Shown here: piece after piece, positions 8,262-18,570 of the stretch
Position numbering within the stretch: position 1 is the first letter of the stretch
How the letters are laid out: each line of letters begins with the position of its first letter
Source of the DNA: Minisyncoccia bacterium
GTDB lineage: Bacteria; Patescibacteriota; Minisyncoccia; SW-4-49-11
Direction: 5' to 3'
NCBI GenBank assembly: GCA_044356325.1
Contig: JBIKWJ010000002.1
Location: 24,602 to 88,601, forward strand
Length of the DNA stretch: 64,000 nt
Notes under the pieces: model-generated
Databases searched by the model: none
Told to the model about the DNA's origin: nothing
What the model saw: the letters and a program-made list of their open reading frames with translations, nothing else
Position numbers and translations under genes: made by a program

Positions 8262-9758
8262 CTATTCCTTAAGTGGACTATCTTGTTTGATATCAGCTAT
8301 ACGCTTATATACCATTTCAGCACTAATGAGCTGAATAGGAACTCCAATACCAGGATTAGTTCCCGCTCCGACATAATACAAATTCTTCACCTTTTTAGAA
8401 TAATTATTAGGGCGGAATATTGCTGTCTGATTAATTGTATGAGCGAGCCCCAAAGCTGTACCCTTATAGGCATTATAATCTTGTTCAAAATTCTTCACAC
8501 TATATAATCTCTTATAGATAATTCTCTCCTTCAAGTCAGGAATATTCATTTCCTCTTGCATAATAGTCAAGATTTTGTCCGCATAAGCTTCAAGATGCTC
8601 CTCAGTATACTCAAGTCCTGCCGCAATAGGGACTAATACGAATAAATTCTCATCCCCTTCTGGAGCTACATTTGGGTCTGTCTTAGATGGAGCGCATACA
8701 TACATAGATGGATCCTCTGGCCACATCGGATCATCAAAAATTTGCTTAAAGTTGGTCTTCCAATCTTGAGAGAATAACAGATTATGATGAACTAAACTAT
8801 CTACTTTTCCTCTAACCCCCAAATACATAATCAAAGCTGATGGAGCGAGAATTTTTTTATCCCAATACTTTTCATCATATTCACGATACTCTACGGGAAG
8901 TAAATTGAGCTCCGTATGAGTCATATCAGCATTAGACACCACAATATCTGCCTTCACAATTTCTCGAGACTCAAGCTCCACACCAACCGCTTTACCATTT
9001 TCTACGACAATTTGTTTTACCCCATTCCCACTCACCAAATTTACTCCATTTTTCTTGGCAATATTCACCAAGGCCTCTGTAATGGTATACATACCTCGTT
9101 GTGGATAAAACACCCCCATATTAAAATCAATATGATTCATAATACTATATAAAGCCGGAGTATTATACGGAGAACTACCGAGGAAAACCAAAGGATATTG
9201 TAAAATTTTCTTTACCAAAGGATGTTTGAAATATTTGCTCACATATGCATCCATATCACTAAATACCGACAATTTTGAACCCTCAATCATAGTACGGAAA
9301 TTGATAAAATCAAAAATAGAATTATAATTCTTATACATAAACCCGTCTTTCGCAATTTCATATTGCTGGCGAGCCTTGTCTAAATATTCTCGAAGTTTAT
9401 CCCCCGCTCCAGGTTCTAATTCTTCCAAAACAGGAATATCCCGCTCCAAATTAGAAAACATATCAATAATTTTATTATCGTCTTTGAAGAATATCCGATA
9501 AGATGGGGCAAGCCGAATCAATTCCAAATGATCTTCAACTTTTTCTCCCATAAATTCAAAGAAATTTTCAAATACATCCGGCATAAGATACCAAGAAGGA
9601 CCCATATCAAAACGAAATCCCTCAGCTTCAAAGACATTGGCTCTCCCACCAAGATTTTGATTCTTCTCATATAAAGTCACCTCATATCCTTTGCGAGCCA
9701 GGATACAGGCTGTTGCCAAACCACCAATACCCCCACCAATTACAATAACTTTTTGCAT
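8262..9758 (-). CDS. crtI: CrtI-family FAD-dependent desaturase (phytoene desaturase / CrtD-like)
   Basis: N-terminal Rossmann motif VIVIGGGIGGLATACILARKGYEVTLYEKNQNLGGR and the GFRFDMGPSW motif. 498 aa, typical of CrtI. Confidence 0.8.
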   Translation of the reverse strand: MQKVIVIGGGIGGLATACILARKGYEVTLYEKNQNLGGRANVFEAEGFRFDMGPSWYLMPDVFENFFEFMGEKVEDHLELIRLAPSYRIFFKDDNKIIDMFSNLERDIPVLEELEPGAGDKLREYLDKARQQYEIAKDGFMYKNYNSIFDFINFRTMIEGSKLSVFSDMDAYVSKYFKHPLVKKILQYPLVFLGSSPYNTPALYSIMNHIDFNMGVFYPQRGMYTITEALVNIAKKNGVNLVSGNGVKQIVVENGKAVGVELESREIVKADIVVSNADMTHTELNLLPVEYREYDEKYWDKKILAPSALIMYLGVRGKVDSLVHHNLLFSQDWKTNFKQIFDDPMWPEDPSMYVCAPSKTDPNVAPEGDENLFVLVPIAAGLEYTEEHLEAYADKILTIMQEEMNIPDLKERIIYKRLYSVKNFEQDYNAYKGTALGLAHTINQTAIFRPNNYSKKVKNLYYVGAGTNPGIGVPIQLISAEMVYKRIADIKQDSPLKE

Positions 9759-10080
9759 ATATACGACATTAAATTAATTATATATAGTATATCATAGATA
9801 AACTTCTTTATGATACAATATATATAGTCCGCTTCTGTATCACCATGCCCTCTCCCGACATTATTTTGCTCTTTGATGCCGCTATCCTTTATGTTTTGGC
9901 ATTTGTATTCCTCATCAATCATTTGAGTCGAGGATTCCCCCTTTACCGAAACACACCCTATAATTTTACATTTATTCTTGCATTTGGGGTTACACTCATT
10001 GCTCTTGGTTTAAGGTTTTACCTCCTAACCATAAGATGATATTCTCCCCGCCTCCCGATCCCGTCGTGAGGCTTTTTATA

Positions 10081-10111
10081 TAAAAACCGCCGAGCTTTTG
10101 TGGGCTCGGCG
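10081..10111 (-). terminator. Rho-independent terminator on the minus strand
   Basis: cgccgagc-ccacaaaa-gctcggcg followed by ttttt when read on the minus strand. Confidence 0.65.
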
Positions 10112-10124
10112 AAAAGGTAAAATT

Positions 10125-10440
10125 AGAGATTTGAATCAGGGAGTATGACGGGATGAGGAAGTGGCCAAGGCCACTTCAGGGACAGGTGCTATCGGAGCCA
10201 CGAAAAACTTCGCTCCAGGGAATTGGGACTTGACCCAATTAACAAGAGGTTCAAGAAAAGGTGGTCTCAGTGAATACCCTGCCTCGGGTGGCCAAGGAAC
10301 AGTTTGAAACGATGATTGATTGTCGTCCGTAGGGACAGCTGCCAAATATTCTCGCCTGTGATCCCTGATAACAAGTACTCGTAACGCATAAGACGACATG
10401 GTCTTGAAGCACCGGGTTGTGACAGATTGCCCGGTATACT
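10125..10440 (-). ncRNA. GC-rich (about 50%) structured RNA candidate of about 300 nt; identity unresolved (RNase P RNA, SRP RNA, 6S-like and others are candidates)
   Basis: Sharp GC island in an AT-rich genome with many perfect helices (for example gaagtggcc-aa-ggccacttc, accggg...cccggt). A minus-strand terminator follows immediately. The only ORF here (10136..10399) is Pro/Ser-rich low complexity. Confidence 0.3.
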
Positions 10441-10579
10441 ATAGACTATGCCTATACTCTACACTATACTGGGCAGTCGCATCACATAACCCCTCTATTA
10501 AACTATACTTTATAAGACTTGTCAATATTAGATATCAGATTTACTATTTGCCAAAATATATTAGGATATAGTATACTAT

Positions 10580-10846
10580 TTGGGTTGCACTAAACAGCTC
10601 ATGGGAAAACAACCTGAAGCACTTGCAAAATTCAGCGGTCAGGAAATTGCAGATGGCTGCATAGCAATTGCAGCACATAATATTATTGGACTTAAATGGA
10701 ATAGATATTTTTCAACACAACAAGCTGCAGCCATATCCTGGCTAACATATAAGTATCGGTATTCAGAACGTACAATTGAACAGTGGTTCGGGCAATTTGA
10801 TAAATCAGTACTACCTCCCCAAAGAGAAAGACGCTGGACAATTTAG
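10580..10846 (+). CDS. Hypothetical small protein (88 aa)
   Basis: ORF only. No motif recognised. Confidence 0.25.
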   Translation: MGCTKQLMGKQPEALAKFSGQEIADGCIAIAAHNIIGLKWNRYFSTQQAAAISWLTYKYRYSERTIEQWFGQFDKSVLPPQRERRWTI

Positions 10847-10892
10847 CTCATCACGACTCAGAGCCTCGGTCACAAGATCGGGCTTTTTTCTT

Positions 10893-11171
10893 TTATGTAA
10901 TCAAAATAAATCTCGGTCCTATCAAATCACCCCCCTTTGTCACATCAGTAAGCCAACCATCTTCACCATGTACTCGCCGTACCCAAGTAATACCAGAGTC
11001 TAGATTGCGATATATCACCACAACTTCTTCATCCCATTCAGATAAAGCCAGGGAGATAATCTCATATACACTATCAGGATTACGCCAATGGACATATTGA
11101 CCTCCCACAATAATCTCGGTAGCTAAAGCCTCAATTTTTGCCTGTAATTCGATATTGGGGATATGTCCCAT
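10893..11171 (-). CDS. DUF1653-like small protein
   Basis: QYVHWRNPDSVYEIISLALSEWDEEVVVIYRNLDSGITWVRRV resembles the DUF1653 pattern Y.H.K...Y.V...A.H.E....V.Y...W.R. Confidence 0.4.
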   Translation of the reverse strand: MGHIPNIELQAKIEALATEIIVGGQYVHWRNPDSVYEIISLALSEWDEEVVVIYRNLDSGITWVRRVHGEDGWLTDVTKGGDLIGPRFILIT

Positions 11172-11270
11172 ATTATATTAATTAAATTATTTTTTTATTA
11201 TATCATAGGAAAAATAGATATTAATACATATTAGGCAAAAAAAGCTTTCGGAACATGTCTCCCTCCCTTT

Positions 11271-11714
11271 TTATTTCTTCATTATTCCTTGCACAAAACG
11301 ATAATACCGATAAATCCAAAATCCATATAATAGAGTACCTATAATATACAATAATCTCAGCCAAATCCAATATTGAGGGTCTAAATTCTCACGAAAAACC
11401 AATCCAAAAGGATACCAATATTCTCGATTCAGATAATGTACAGCAAAATAATTCTGAAGAGATGTGATAATACATCCTCCCAATACACTTTGAGACAAGG
11501 CAATGGCAAAAGTAAAGAGTAAAATACCCAATTTAGCATATATGACTATACGACTATATACTGAATTCAATATGATTTTCTTTTGAGGGAAAATTGTATA
11601 CTCTAATAGAATACACAAAGCAATAACCCAAAAAATAATCCAATAACTTGGATTATGAAGTCTATCTATCCATTGATTAATTTGTAGGGCAATTTGAGGA
11701 TTCATATATCCCAT
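11271..11714 (-). CDS. Hypothetical membrane protein (147 aa, 4 TM)
   Basis: Hydrophobic-helix ORF. Confidence 0.4.
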   Translation of the reverse strand: MGYMNPQIALQINQWIDRLHNPSYWIIFWVIALCILLEYTIFPQKKIILNSVYSRIVIYAKLGILLFTFAIALSQSVLGGCIITSLQNYFAVHYLNREYWYPFGLVFRENLDPQYWIWLRLLYIIGTLLYGFWIYRYYRFVQGIMKK

Positions 11715-11847
11715 ATTATACCAGTTGATATGAATTTGTATAGAATCTTATCCAATCCTAACTATCACTCCCGAGAAGCTTCGGCTCAAACCAAAAGAAA
11801 GTCTCCCAGTACCGTGCTTGGGAGATTTTTTGTTTTATATATCATAG

Positions 11848-12240
11848 GAGCGACCTTTCAGTCGCCCGAAAGTCCTCCTCAGCCATCTCAAATTGGATTT
11901 ACTTTGTCCTCCTTTGCCTGCCTGCGGTAGGCAGGGAGGAGGTGGCCGCCAGGCTGGAGGTGGATAATTAAAAAATATATTCTAAAATTTAATATTATTA
12001 AAAACAAATCCACCCTCCCCCTACGGGTACTCCCTCCAAAGGGAGACAAAAATCTCGAATAACCTGTCCCCCTTCGGAGGACAGAATAACTGTCCCTCGC
12101 TGGCGAGGGTGGCACGGAGTGCCGGGTGTGGACAGAGAGTTTTTAATTTATAATTTCAAATTATTCCACCCCGTCTCTCTCCTCAATAAAGTATAGGAGG
12201 GATCCACCCCTCAATTCCCACAAAATATGGGAATTTTTCT
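11848..12240. repeat. GC-rich mosaic hairpin repeat cluster
   Basis: Contains ggagcgacctttcagtcgccc, tgtcctcctttgcctgcctgcggtaggcagggagg, ctccctccaaagggagaca, gtccctcgctggcgagggtggcacggagtgccgggtgtggaca and attccaccccgtc modules. ORFs 11694..11930 and 11888..12115 are artefacts. Confidence 0.85.
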
Positions 12241-12596
12241 TTTAACACAAGAGCCCTTGACAAAATTAATAGGATGTGTTATAAACTATACTAGTTTTAG
12301 ATAGTCCTCGCTTTACTAAAAAGCCCCCACAGAGACTATCTAAAATCCAAGAGAAAAAGGGTCCTCTTACACCTCTTCCCTCTTCCCTCTTTATTCCGCA
12401 GTCCCACGCAGCATAGCTTGGGGCTTTTTTTTATATATTCCGGATGTCGTACGATATAATCAACTAGTCTCTCGGCTATATATTGACTAGAATCTATAAT
12501 AATATCTACACCAAAAATTTGTTATATCGGCAAGTCCTGGACAGCTTAAATACCGTATTGTATAACCAAAACTTTTGAGATATTCTTGATAAAATC

Positions 12597-13490
12597 CTAT
12601 CCTATCTGTTGTAATATCTGTTTCATTATTTGTTCTACTTTTATACTATTCGGTTCTGGGTGAAATTCGAGCTCGGTATCATTAACTTGTATACGATTAT
12701 TGTTGTTCGACTGTATACTATTAGATTTAATCTTTTGCATTTGTCCCCATCGAGCTACTCTATTCCAAATATGTATGGAGAATTTAGTTAATATATTCTC
12801 TAGCCACGTTTTTATGGTATAGGACTGGAAATGATTGAATATGGGATATTGGCGTGCTTTGGCTTGGGGGAATAATTCTCTTGTCCACATATTATCTTGC
12901 CAGAATTTGTTTAATAATTGCTGTGAGTTTGCTCCTATTGCGATATAATCTGCATATAATTGGGCTGAATATATATTATGGTCGAAGCGTTTGAGATTAT
13001 TCTCGGTGATATAATGATTGAGACAAAAGCGATTTTCTTCCATTTCTCCTGAGCGACGTATTCCGAGTATTTGGGTTATGCTCGTTATCAGGAATCTTGC
13101 TATCCATAAATGCTTATTTTTGGTAATAATAAATATATCGATATCACTCCTTTTTTTGGTATTACCAGTGCTAAAACTAGATGAGCCAGCCAGGAATATA
13201 CCTCGTATAAAAGGTATGCTGATTAATAACCGTCCATATTTGGTAATTTGTCTATAGCGACGTATAGATTCTCGGCCTTTTTCTTGCCTTAGGGCGAGTA
13301 ATATATCGAAATTAGGGATTAGACCATAGAGACCATATTGAGTCTTTATTTGAGGAATTTTTGCGATTTGAGAGGGCAGCTCTTGTAGGGTATATTGCGT
13401 TCCAATTTGATAGCGATATATTTCCTCGAGCGTTAGCAATCTTTTTTGAGAAGTGGCATAGGCAAAAGTTTGAAGTAATGTATGATGCAT
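12597..13490 (-). CDS. Nucleotidyltransferase-fold (Pol-beta superfamily) protein
   Basis: LAGSSSFSTGNTKKRSDIDIFII matches the G[SG]x9-13Dh[DE]h NTase signature. Confidence 0.45.
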   Translation of the reverse strand: MHHTLLQTFAYATSQKRLLTLEEIYRYQIGTQYTLQELPSQIAKIPQIKTQYGLYGLIPNFDILLALRQEKGRESIRRYRQITKYGRLLISIPFIRGIFLAGSSSFSTGNTKKRSDIDIFIITKNKHLWIARFLITSITQILGIRRSGEMEENRFCLNHYITENNLKRFDHNIYSAQLYADYIAIGANSQQLLNKFWQDNMWTRELFPQAKARQYPIFNHFQSYTIKTWLENILTKFSIHIWNRVARWGQMQKIKSNSIQSNNNNRIQVNDTELEFHPEPNSIKVEQIMKQILQQIG

Positions 13491-13523
13491 ATTGGTATAT
13501 AATTATACCTATTATATCATAAT

Positions 13524-16367
13524 TTAGACAAGATGTTTGAGATATTGCCCAGTATAGCTCTTGGCATTTTTGGCAATTTGCTTGGGGGTTCCCTCTGCTA
13601 CCACAGTACCTCCTTTTGCTCCTCCTTCTGGTCCAATATCAATAATATGATCTGAACTTTTGATAATATCGAGATTATGTTCAATAATAAGTATACTATT
13701 TCCTTTATCTGCTAATTGATGTAATACTCTTAGCAATTTTGCTACATCTTCAAAATGGAGTCCAGTGGTTGGCTCATCGAGTATATACAGAGTTTTACCC
13801 GTGGCTCTCTTGGATAATTCGGTAGCAAGTTTAATTCGCTGAGCCTCGCCTCCTGAGAGATATGGGGCGGGTTGTCCAAGCTTCATATATCCAAGACCCA
13901 CATCATAAAGAGTAGCTAATTTATCTTTAAGACTTGGTATGGATTTGAAGAATTCTAAGGCTGTCTCTACATCCATATCCAGTATATCGGCTATAGTTTT
14001 ACCTTTATAGAGAATTTGTAATACTTCTTTATTATAGCGTTTACCATGACAATCTTCACAATCTACATAAATATCCGGAAGGAAATTCATTTCAATTTTG
14101 AGTACGCCATCTCCTTTACAGGTCTCACATCGTCCACCCTTCACATTAAAGCTAAAGCGGCCTGTTTGATAACCTTTGAGCTGAGCTTCAGGAGTACGAG
14201 CAAATAAGTCTCTGACCACCGTAAATAATCCGGTATAAGTGGCAGGATTAGATCGTGGAGTTCTTCCAATTGGAGATTGATCAATATTCACCATTTTATC
14301 GATATTCTGTACTCCCGTAATATCTTTGAATTTCCCTGGTAAATCCTTTGCGCCATATAGCGTATGAGCTATATGTTTATATAAGATATCTTGTATAAGG
14401 GTACTTTTACCTGATCCTGACACTCCTGTCACACATACCATTTGTCCAAGAGGAATTTGAATATCTATATTCTTGAGATTATTCTCTGCAGCTCCCTTTA
14501 TATGTATGAATTGTCCATTGCTTTTGCGATATTTTTTGGGTGCTTGAATTTGTCTTCTTCCGGACAAATAATCAGCTGTAAGACCTTCTTGTTCCATAAA
14601 TTCAGTTGGAGTCCCTTTGGCAATAATACGCCCTCCAGCAGCTCCTGCCCCTGGCCCTACATCAATCACATAATCTGAAGCTCGAATAGTATCCTCATCA
14701 TGTTCTACGACGATGACGGTATTCCCAAGATCCCGTAAGTGCTGTAAGGTTTGTATAAGTCGATTATTATCTCGCTGATGTAATCCAATAGACGGCTCAT
14801 CTAATATATATAATACTCCCATAAGTCCTGAGCCAATTTGGGTTGCAAGCCGAATTCGCTGTGCCTCTCCTCCTGAAAGAGTATTGCTGGATCTATCTAA
14901 GGTAAGATAATCAAGACCCACATTGAGTAAAAATTTTAATCGAGATTGTATTTCTTTGAATATTGGAGTACTAATCGCAATATCTCGCTCGGTAAAATAT
15001 TCTTTATTTTCTTGTACCTTAGCGACATAAGCAGATAATTCATCAATACTCATATTAACTATTTGGTCTATAGTTTTATGAGCAACTTGTACGGAGAGAA
15101 ATTGTTTTTTTAATCTTTTACCATTACAAGTTGGGCAAATGGTATTCAGCATATATTTTTCAATTTCTGTTCGTATAAAGTCTGAATCAGTTTCTTGATA
15201 GCGTCGTAAAAGATTCGGGATTACTCCTTCATAGGTAGTTTCCATTTTATGCCCCCCTGATTGTATAGGCACTTTCATAGGAGTATTCGCTCCATATAAA
15301 ACAAAATGTAAATCTTCTGCGGGTAAATCCTGTACAGGAGTGGTGAGGCTGATACCTTTTATATCAGCAGCAGCTTCTAGAATTTTCATATACCAACCGA
15401 AAGCTCCTTTTTGTTTACCCACTCCCCAAGGTTTTATAGCTCCCTGATTAATAGTAAGTCGAGGATTTGGTATGACTAAATCTGCTGAAATTTCTGGAGT
15501 ATATCCAAGTCCATCACAAGTAGCACAAGCTCCATGCGGACTATTGAATGAAAAGTTTCGGGTTTCTAGCTCTCCAAAACTTTCCCCTGATTCCATTATA
15601 TATTTTTCACTCATTAACTCATCACGATACAAATTTTTATTCTTTTCTAATATTTCAGAAATAATAAGCATTCCCTCTCCGAGCCGCAAAGCTGTTTCTA
15701 CAGAATCTAATATGCGAGCTGGCTCAAATCCAGAAGCATCTAATAATCTATCTATTACGAGCTCAATAGAATGTTTTTTTTGCTTATCGAGATTAAGATC
15801 TAGGGCTTCTTCGGTCAAATACACGATTCCATCGACGCGAAGTCGCATAAATCCGTCTTGGAAAGCTTTTTGTATAGCTCCTTTATGTTCTCCTTTTTTA
15901 TCCCGAATAATAGGAGCAAGTATCATTATTTGCTTATCTTTGTAGCGAGCTACTGTATCTGCCATTTGTTTGGCATCTTGCATTCGAATTAATTCACCGG
16001 TATCAGGGTTAAATGGGATTCCAACTCGAGCATATAATAATCTCAAATAATCATAAATCTCTGTTACTGTACCCACAGTAGAGCGGGGGTTTCTCGACAC
16101 ACTTTTTTGGTCAATAGAAATAGCAGGAGATAATCCCTCTATCACATCCACATCTGGCTTATCCATCATTCCTAAAAATTGACGAGCATAGGCTGAAAGA
16201 CTTTCGACATAACGCCTTTGTCCTTCGGCATAAATAGTATCAAAGGCAAGAGAAGATTTCCCTGACCCTGAAAGTCCCGTAATCACCACAAGTTTATCTC
16301 GAGGTATAGTAATATCTATATTCTTGAGATTATGTACACGAGCTCCCTTGATTCTAATTTCATTCAT
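13524..16367 (-). CDS. uvrA: Excinuclease ABC subunit A
   Basis: 947 aa. Two ABC ATPase modules ([10 protein letters not shown] and [10 protein letters not shown]), LSGGE signatures, and zinc-finger Cys clusters (CPTCNGKR and CETCKGDG). Confidence 0.95.
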   Translation of the reverse strand: MNEIRIKGARVHNLKNIDITIPRDKLVVITGLSGSGKSSLAFDTIYAEGQRRYVESLSAYARQFLGMMDKPDVDVIEGLSPAISIDQKSVSRNPRSTVGTVTEIYDYLRLLYARVGIPFNPDTGELIRMQDAKQMADTVARYKDKQIMILAPIIRDKKGEHKGAIQKAFQDGFMRLRVDGIVYLTEEALDLNLDKQKKHSIELVIDRLLDASGFEPARILDSVETALRLGEGMLIISEILEKNKNLYRDELMSEKYIMESGESFGELETRNFSFNSPHGACATCDGLGYTPEISADLVIPNPRLTINQGAIKPWGVGKQKGAFGWYMKILEAAADIKGISLTTPVQDLPAEDLHFVLYGANTPMKVPIQSGGHKMETTYEGVIPNLLRRYQETDSDFIRTEIEKYMLNTICPTCNGKRLKKQFLSVQVAHKTIDQIVNMSIDELSAYVAKVQENKEYFTERDIAISTPIFKEIQSRLKFLLNVGLDYLTLDRSSNTLSGGEAQRIRLATQIGSGLMGVLYILDEPSIGLHQRDNNRLIQTLQHLRDLGNTVIVVEHDEDTIRASDYVIDVGPGAGAAGGRIIAKGTPTEFMEQEGLTADYLSGRRQIQAPKKYRKSNGQFIHIKGAAENNLKNIDIQIPLGQMVCVTGVSGSGKSTLIQDILYKHIAHTLYGAKDLPGKFKDITGVQNIDKMVNIDQSPIGRTPRSNPATYTGLFTVVRDLFARTPEAQLKGYQTGRFSFNVKGGRCETCKGDGVLKIEMNFLPDIYVDCEDCHGKRYNKEVLQILYKGKTIADILDMDVETALEFFKSIPSLKDKLATLYDVGLGYMKLGQPAPYLSGGEAQRIKLATELSKRATGKTLYILDEPTTGLHFEDVAKLLRVLHQLADKGNSILIIEHNLDIIKSSDHIIDIGPEGGAKGGTVVAEGTPKQIAKNAKSYTGQYLKHLV

Positions 16368-16370
16368 AGT

Positions 16371-17921
16371 CTATGATTTAGGATTATTACGAACTTTTGG
16401 TGTTACCCAAAAACCAAGATATTTACCAAATAATAATCTTGTTTGAGCCACAATGGCAGGAAAAGCTCCAAGAGTTAAAGCCACAACAGGGATAAATATC
16501 CATTGCACATACATCATAATAGTTCTCCAACGAGAATATTTAGCGGGACGCGGAGGTAATAAAAGAATATTAATATAAGTGGTTACAATTAATCCTATCA
16601 AGGTAATATTCATAATCATACCGGTATATTGGGGTAAATTATTAGAAAATACACTCGATTTAAAAGCAGCTCCTCCAAACCAAATAGGAAACCAAATAAA
16701 TATAGCAAGAATTACAGCTGAAGTTGCCCAAGTATAATGTCCTTCTATCATATTACCAATTCGGCGAATACGATCTCCCAGAGGAGCTTTTTTATTAATA
16801 GCATATGATCGCATAGTAGTAGGTAAATTCTCAATTCCCCAAGCCCATCTCTGCATTTGCTTATATTGGTTAATAAATGCCTGTAGTGGATTATGAGCCT
16901 GCACTGCATCCAATGATACCGGGATATGAATTGGAATAACATCATAATCTCCATTATGATAATCAATACATTTCCAATAAATAACGGAATCATCTGAAAT
17001 CATATTGACAGGCCAATAATTCACATCTACGAGAGTTTTAAAACTCATAGAATGACTTGAGAAAGTCACCATTCTATCATAACGTACCGATTCCATCATA
17101 TGCCAAAAGCTAGAGCTAATAGCCACAACACGAGTAAAAGCAGGGGCATCCCAAATATTATTATGATACATTGGCAAGGGCTGATAACTATGATTATGAG
17201 GATTTTCTGAATGTAAAAATTCATAAGTAAGAGCCGCAAAGTATTTAGGGTGAACAACAGTGTCGCTATCAAAAGCTGACATAATAGTTTTCTCAAAAGG
17301 AATTTGCTTTTGTTCTAAATAGATTTTTATTTGCTGTGCAGCATAAGTGGCATTAGCTCCCTTTACTTTCATTTCTCCTTCTATTCCATCAGGATGTATG
17401 GTGACAATAAAGTCTTGAAATACTCCTTTGAATTCTTTTTTGAGATAATTTTCTTTTTTCTGACGGGCCTCTCCCTCTCTTTCTTCAGTAGCCACCACAA
17501 CAATTAATTTATCAAGGGGATATTCACTATTTGTCAACGATTGTATGCTTTGAGCCAATACTTCTGATTCTTCATCATAGGTGAGAAACATAACAATATG
17601 AGTAATATCCTCAAATCCTGATAAAGCTTTTGCTTTAGCCAACCAGTCTTCTTTAATATCATGTTTCATTTGCCTATAGGCAACTATCAAATGTACACTT
17701 AAATATATTGCTTTGAATAGCCAATACAAATCAAATATCAAAATAAATAAAGCTACCTGAAAGGGGATGAAAAATGATAATACAATAAGTCCAATAAAAG
17801 TTGTCCAGGTTAAAAATGCTGGCAGTATTTCAAAAAATCTCTGCCAAAATCTTTGTTTGGGATCAGTTGTTTTGGGATCAGGATATATATACATATAATT
17901 AACTAATGATATTGGTGTCAA
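16371..17921 (-). CDS. Processive family-2 glycosyltransferase (cellulose/chitin-synthase-like) with flanking TM helices
   Basis: DSD motif ([11 protein letters not shown]) and QMQRWAWG (QxxRW). TM helices at both the N- and C-terminal ends. Confidence 0.7.
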   Translation of the reverse strand: MTPISLVNYMYIYPDPKTTDPKQRFWQRFFEILPAFLTWTTFIGLIVLSFFIPFQVALFILIFDLYWLFKAIYLSVHLIVAYRQMKHDIKEDWLAKAKALSGFEDITHIVMFLTYDEESEVLAQSIQSLTNSEYPLDKLIVVVATEEREGEARQKKENYLKKEFKGVFQDFIVTIHPDGIEGEMKVKGANATYAAQQIKIYLEQKQIPFEKTIMSAFDSDTVVHPKYFAALTYEFLHSENPHNHSYQPLPMYHNNIWDAPAFTRVVAISSSFWHMMESVRYDRMVTFSSHSMSFKTLVDVNYWPVNMISDDSVIYWKCIDYHNGDYDVIPIHIPVSLDAVQAHNPLQAFINQYKQMQRWAWGIENLPTTMRSYAINKKAPLGDRIRRIGNMIEGHYTWATSAVILAIFIWFPIWFGGAAFKSSVFSNNLPQYTGMIMNITLIGLIVTTYINILLLPPRPAKYSRWRTIMMYVQWIFIPVVALTLGAFPAIVAQTRLLFGKYLGFWVTPKVRNNPKS

Positions 17922-18279
17922 GTACTAACCACAAATAAACTCCTATTAAACTAATAGCGGCAATACTCGCCCCAAATATCCAATACACTATTATATACTG
18001 TATTGAGTGGTTCGTAAACCTCTTTTGTATATACCAAATTCCAAATCCATTAATAGCTGTAATCAAAAGAGCATATATACCATATTGCCAAACATATTTT
18101 GCTGAACCTATTACTGTTACTCCTTCATAAAAATTAAACCCTATATTAATTCCTACTCTATCTCCAAATTGCGTTTGTATACGAAACAAAAATAGAAGAA
18201 TAACAATACATAAAACTCCCATCACTAATCCATACAGAATAGTAGTTATAGGTAATTTGTAAGGAAGTTTTTGTATCAT
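17899..18279 (-). CDS. Hypothetical membrane protein (126 aa)
   Basis: Four hydrophobic helices. Overlaps the GT2 gene start by 23 nt. Confidence 0.4.
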   Translation of the reverse strand: MIQKLPYKLPITTILYGLVMGVLCIVILLFLFRIQTQFGDRVGINIGFNFYEGVTVIGSAKYVWQYGIYALLITAINGFGIWYIQKRFTNHSIQYIIVYWIFGASIAAISLIGVYLWLVLDTNIIS

Positions 18280-18569
18280 CGCATTCGAATTTGTAATCTT
18301 TTTACTTCAAAATTAATGACATTAATAGCTTTGTTGAGAGCTTGTATAATATCAAATTCATATAATTTAAGCTTATGAGCTTCAAAATGTGAGCCTACTA
18401 TTACTGCCAGGGAACCTTGCTGTAGGGATATTGCTTCTGAGAATTGAAGCTCTTCAAAATCTGTTTGTACTAATTCATTATATAACATACAGACACGAGT
18501 ACTTTCTACCTTCTTATACATATCAGAAGTTGCAGGGTATTTTTGATTAAGAACTCCACTAATGCGCAT
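18276..18569 (-). CDS. Hypothetical protein immediately downstream of xseA (positional candidate for the ExoVII small subunit; weak similarity)
   Basis: Position only: the 97-aa ORF starts 2 nt after the xseA stop. DFEELQFSEAISL loosely resembles the XseB FEE..ELE.IV core. Confidence 0.25.
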   Translation of the reverse strand: MRISGVLNQKYPATSDMYKKVESTRVCMLYNELVQTDFEELQFSEAISLQQGSLAVIVGSHFEAHKLKLYEFDIIQALNKAINVINFEVKRLQIRMR

Positions 18570-18570
18570 A

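Noticed and set aside
7839-8507. ORFs 7839..8042 and 8079..8507
   Set aside because: They are composed of repeat modules. 8079..8507 also runs antisense into the crtI gene.
10136-10399. 87-aa ORF inside the GC-rich island
   Set aside because: Pro/Ser-rich low complexity, and the region is far better explained as structured RNA. Specific RNase P, tmRNA or SRP identity was also considered but could not be established by eye, so no specific RNA family is asserted.
11694-12115. ORFs 11694..11930 and 11888..12115
   Set aside because: Repeat-derived; same peptide family as the artefacts at 3215 and 4216.
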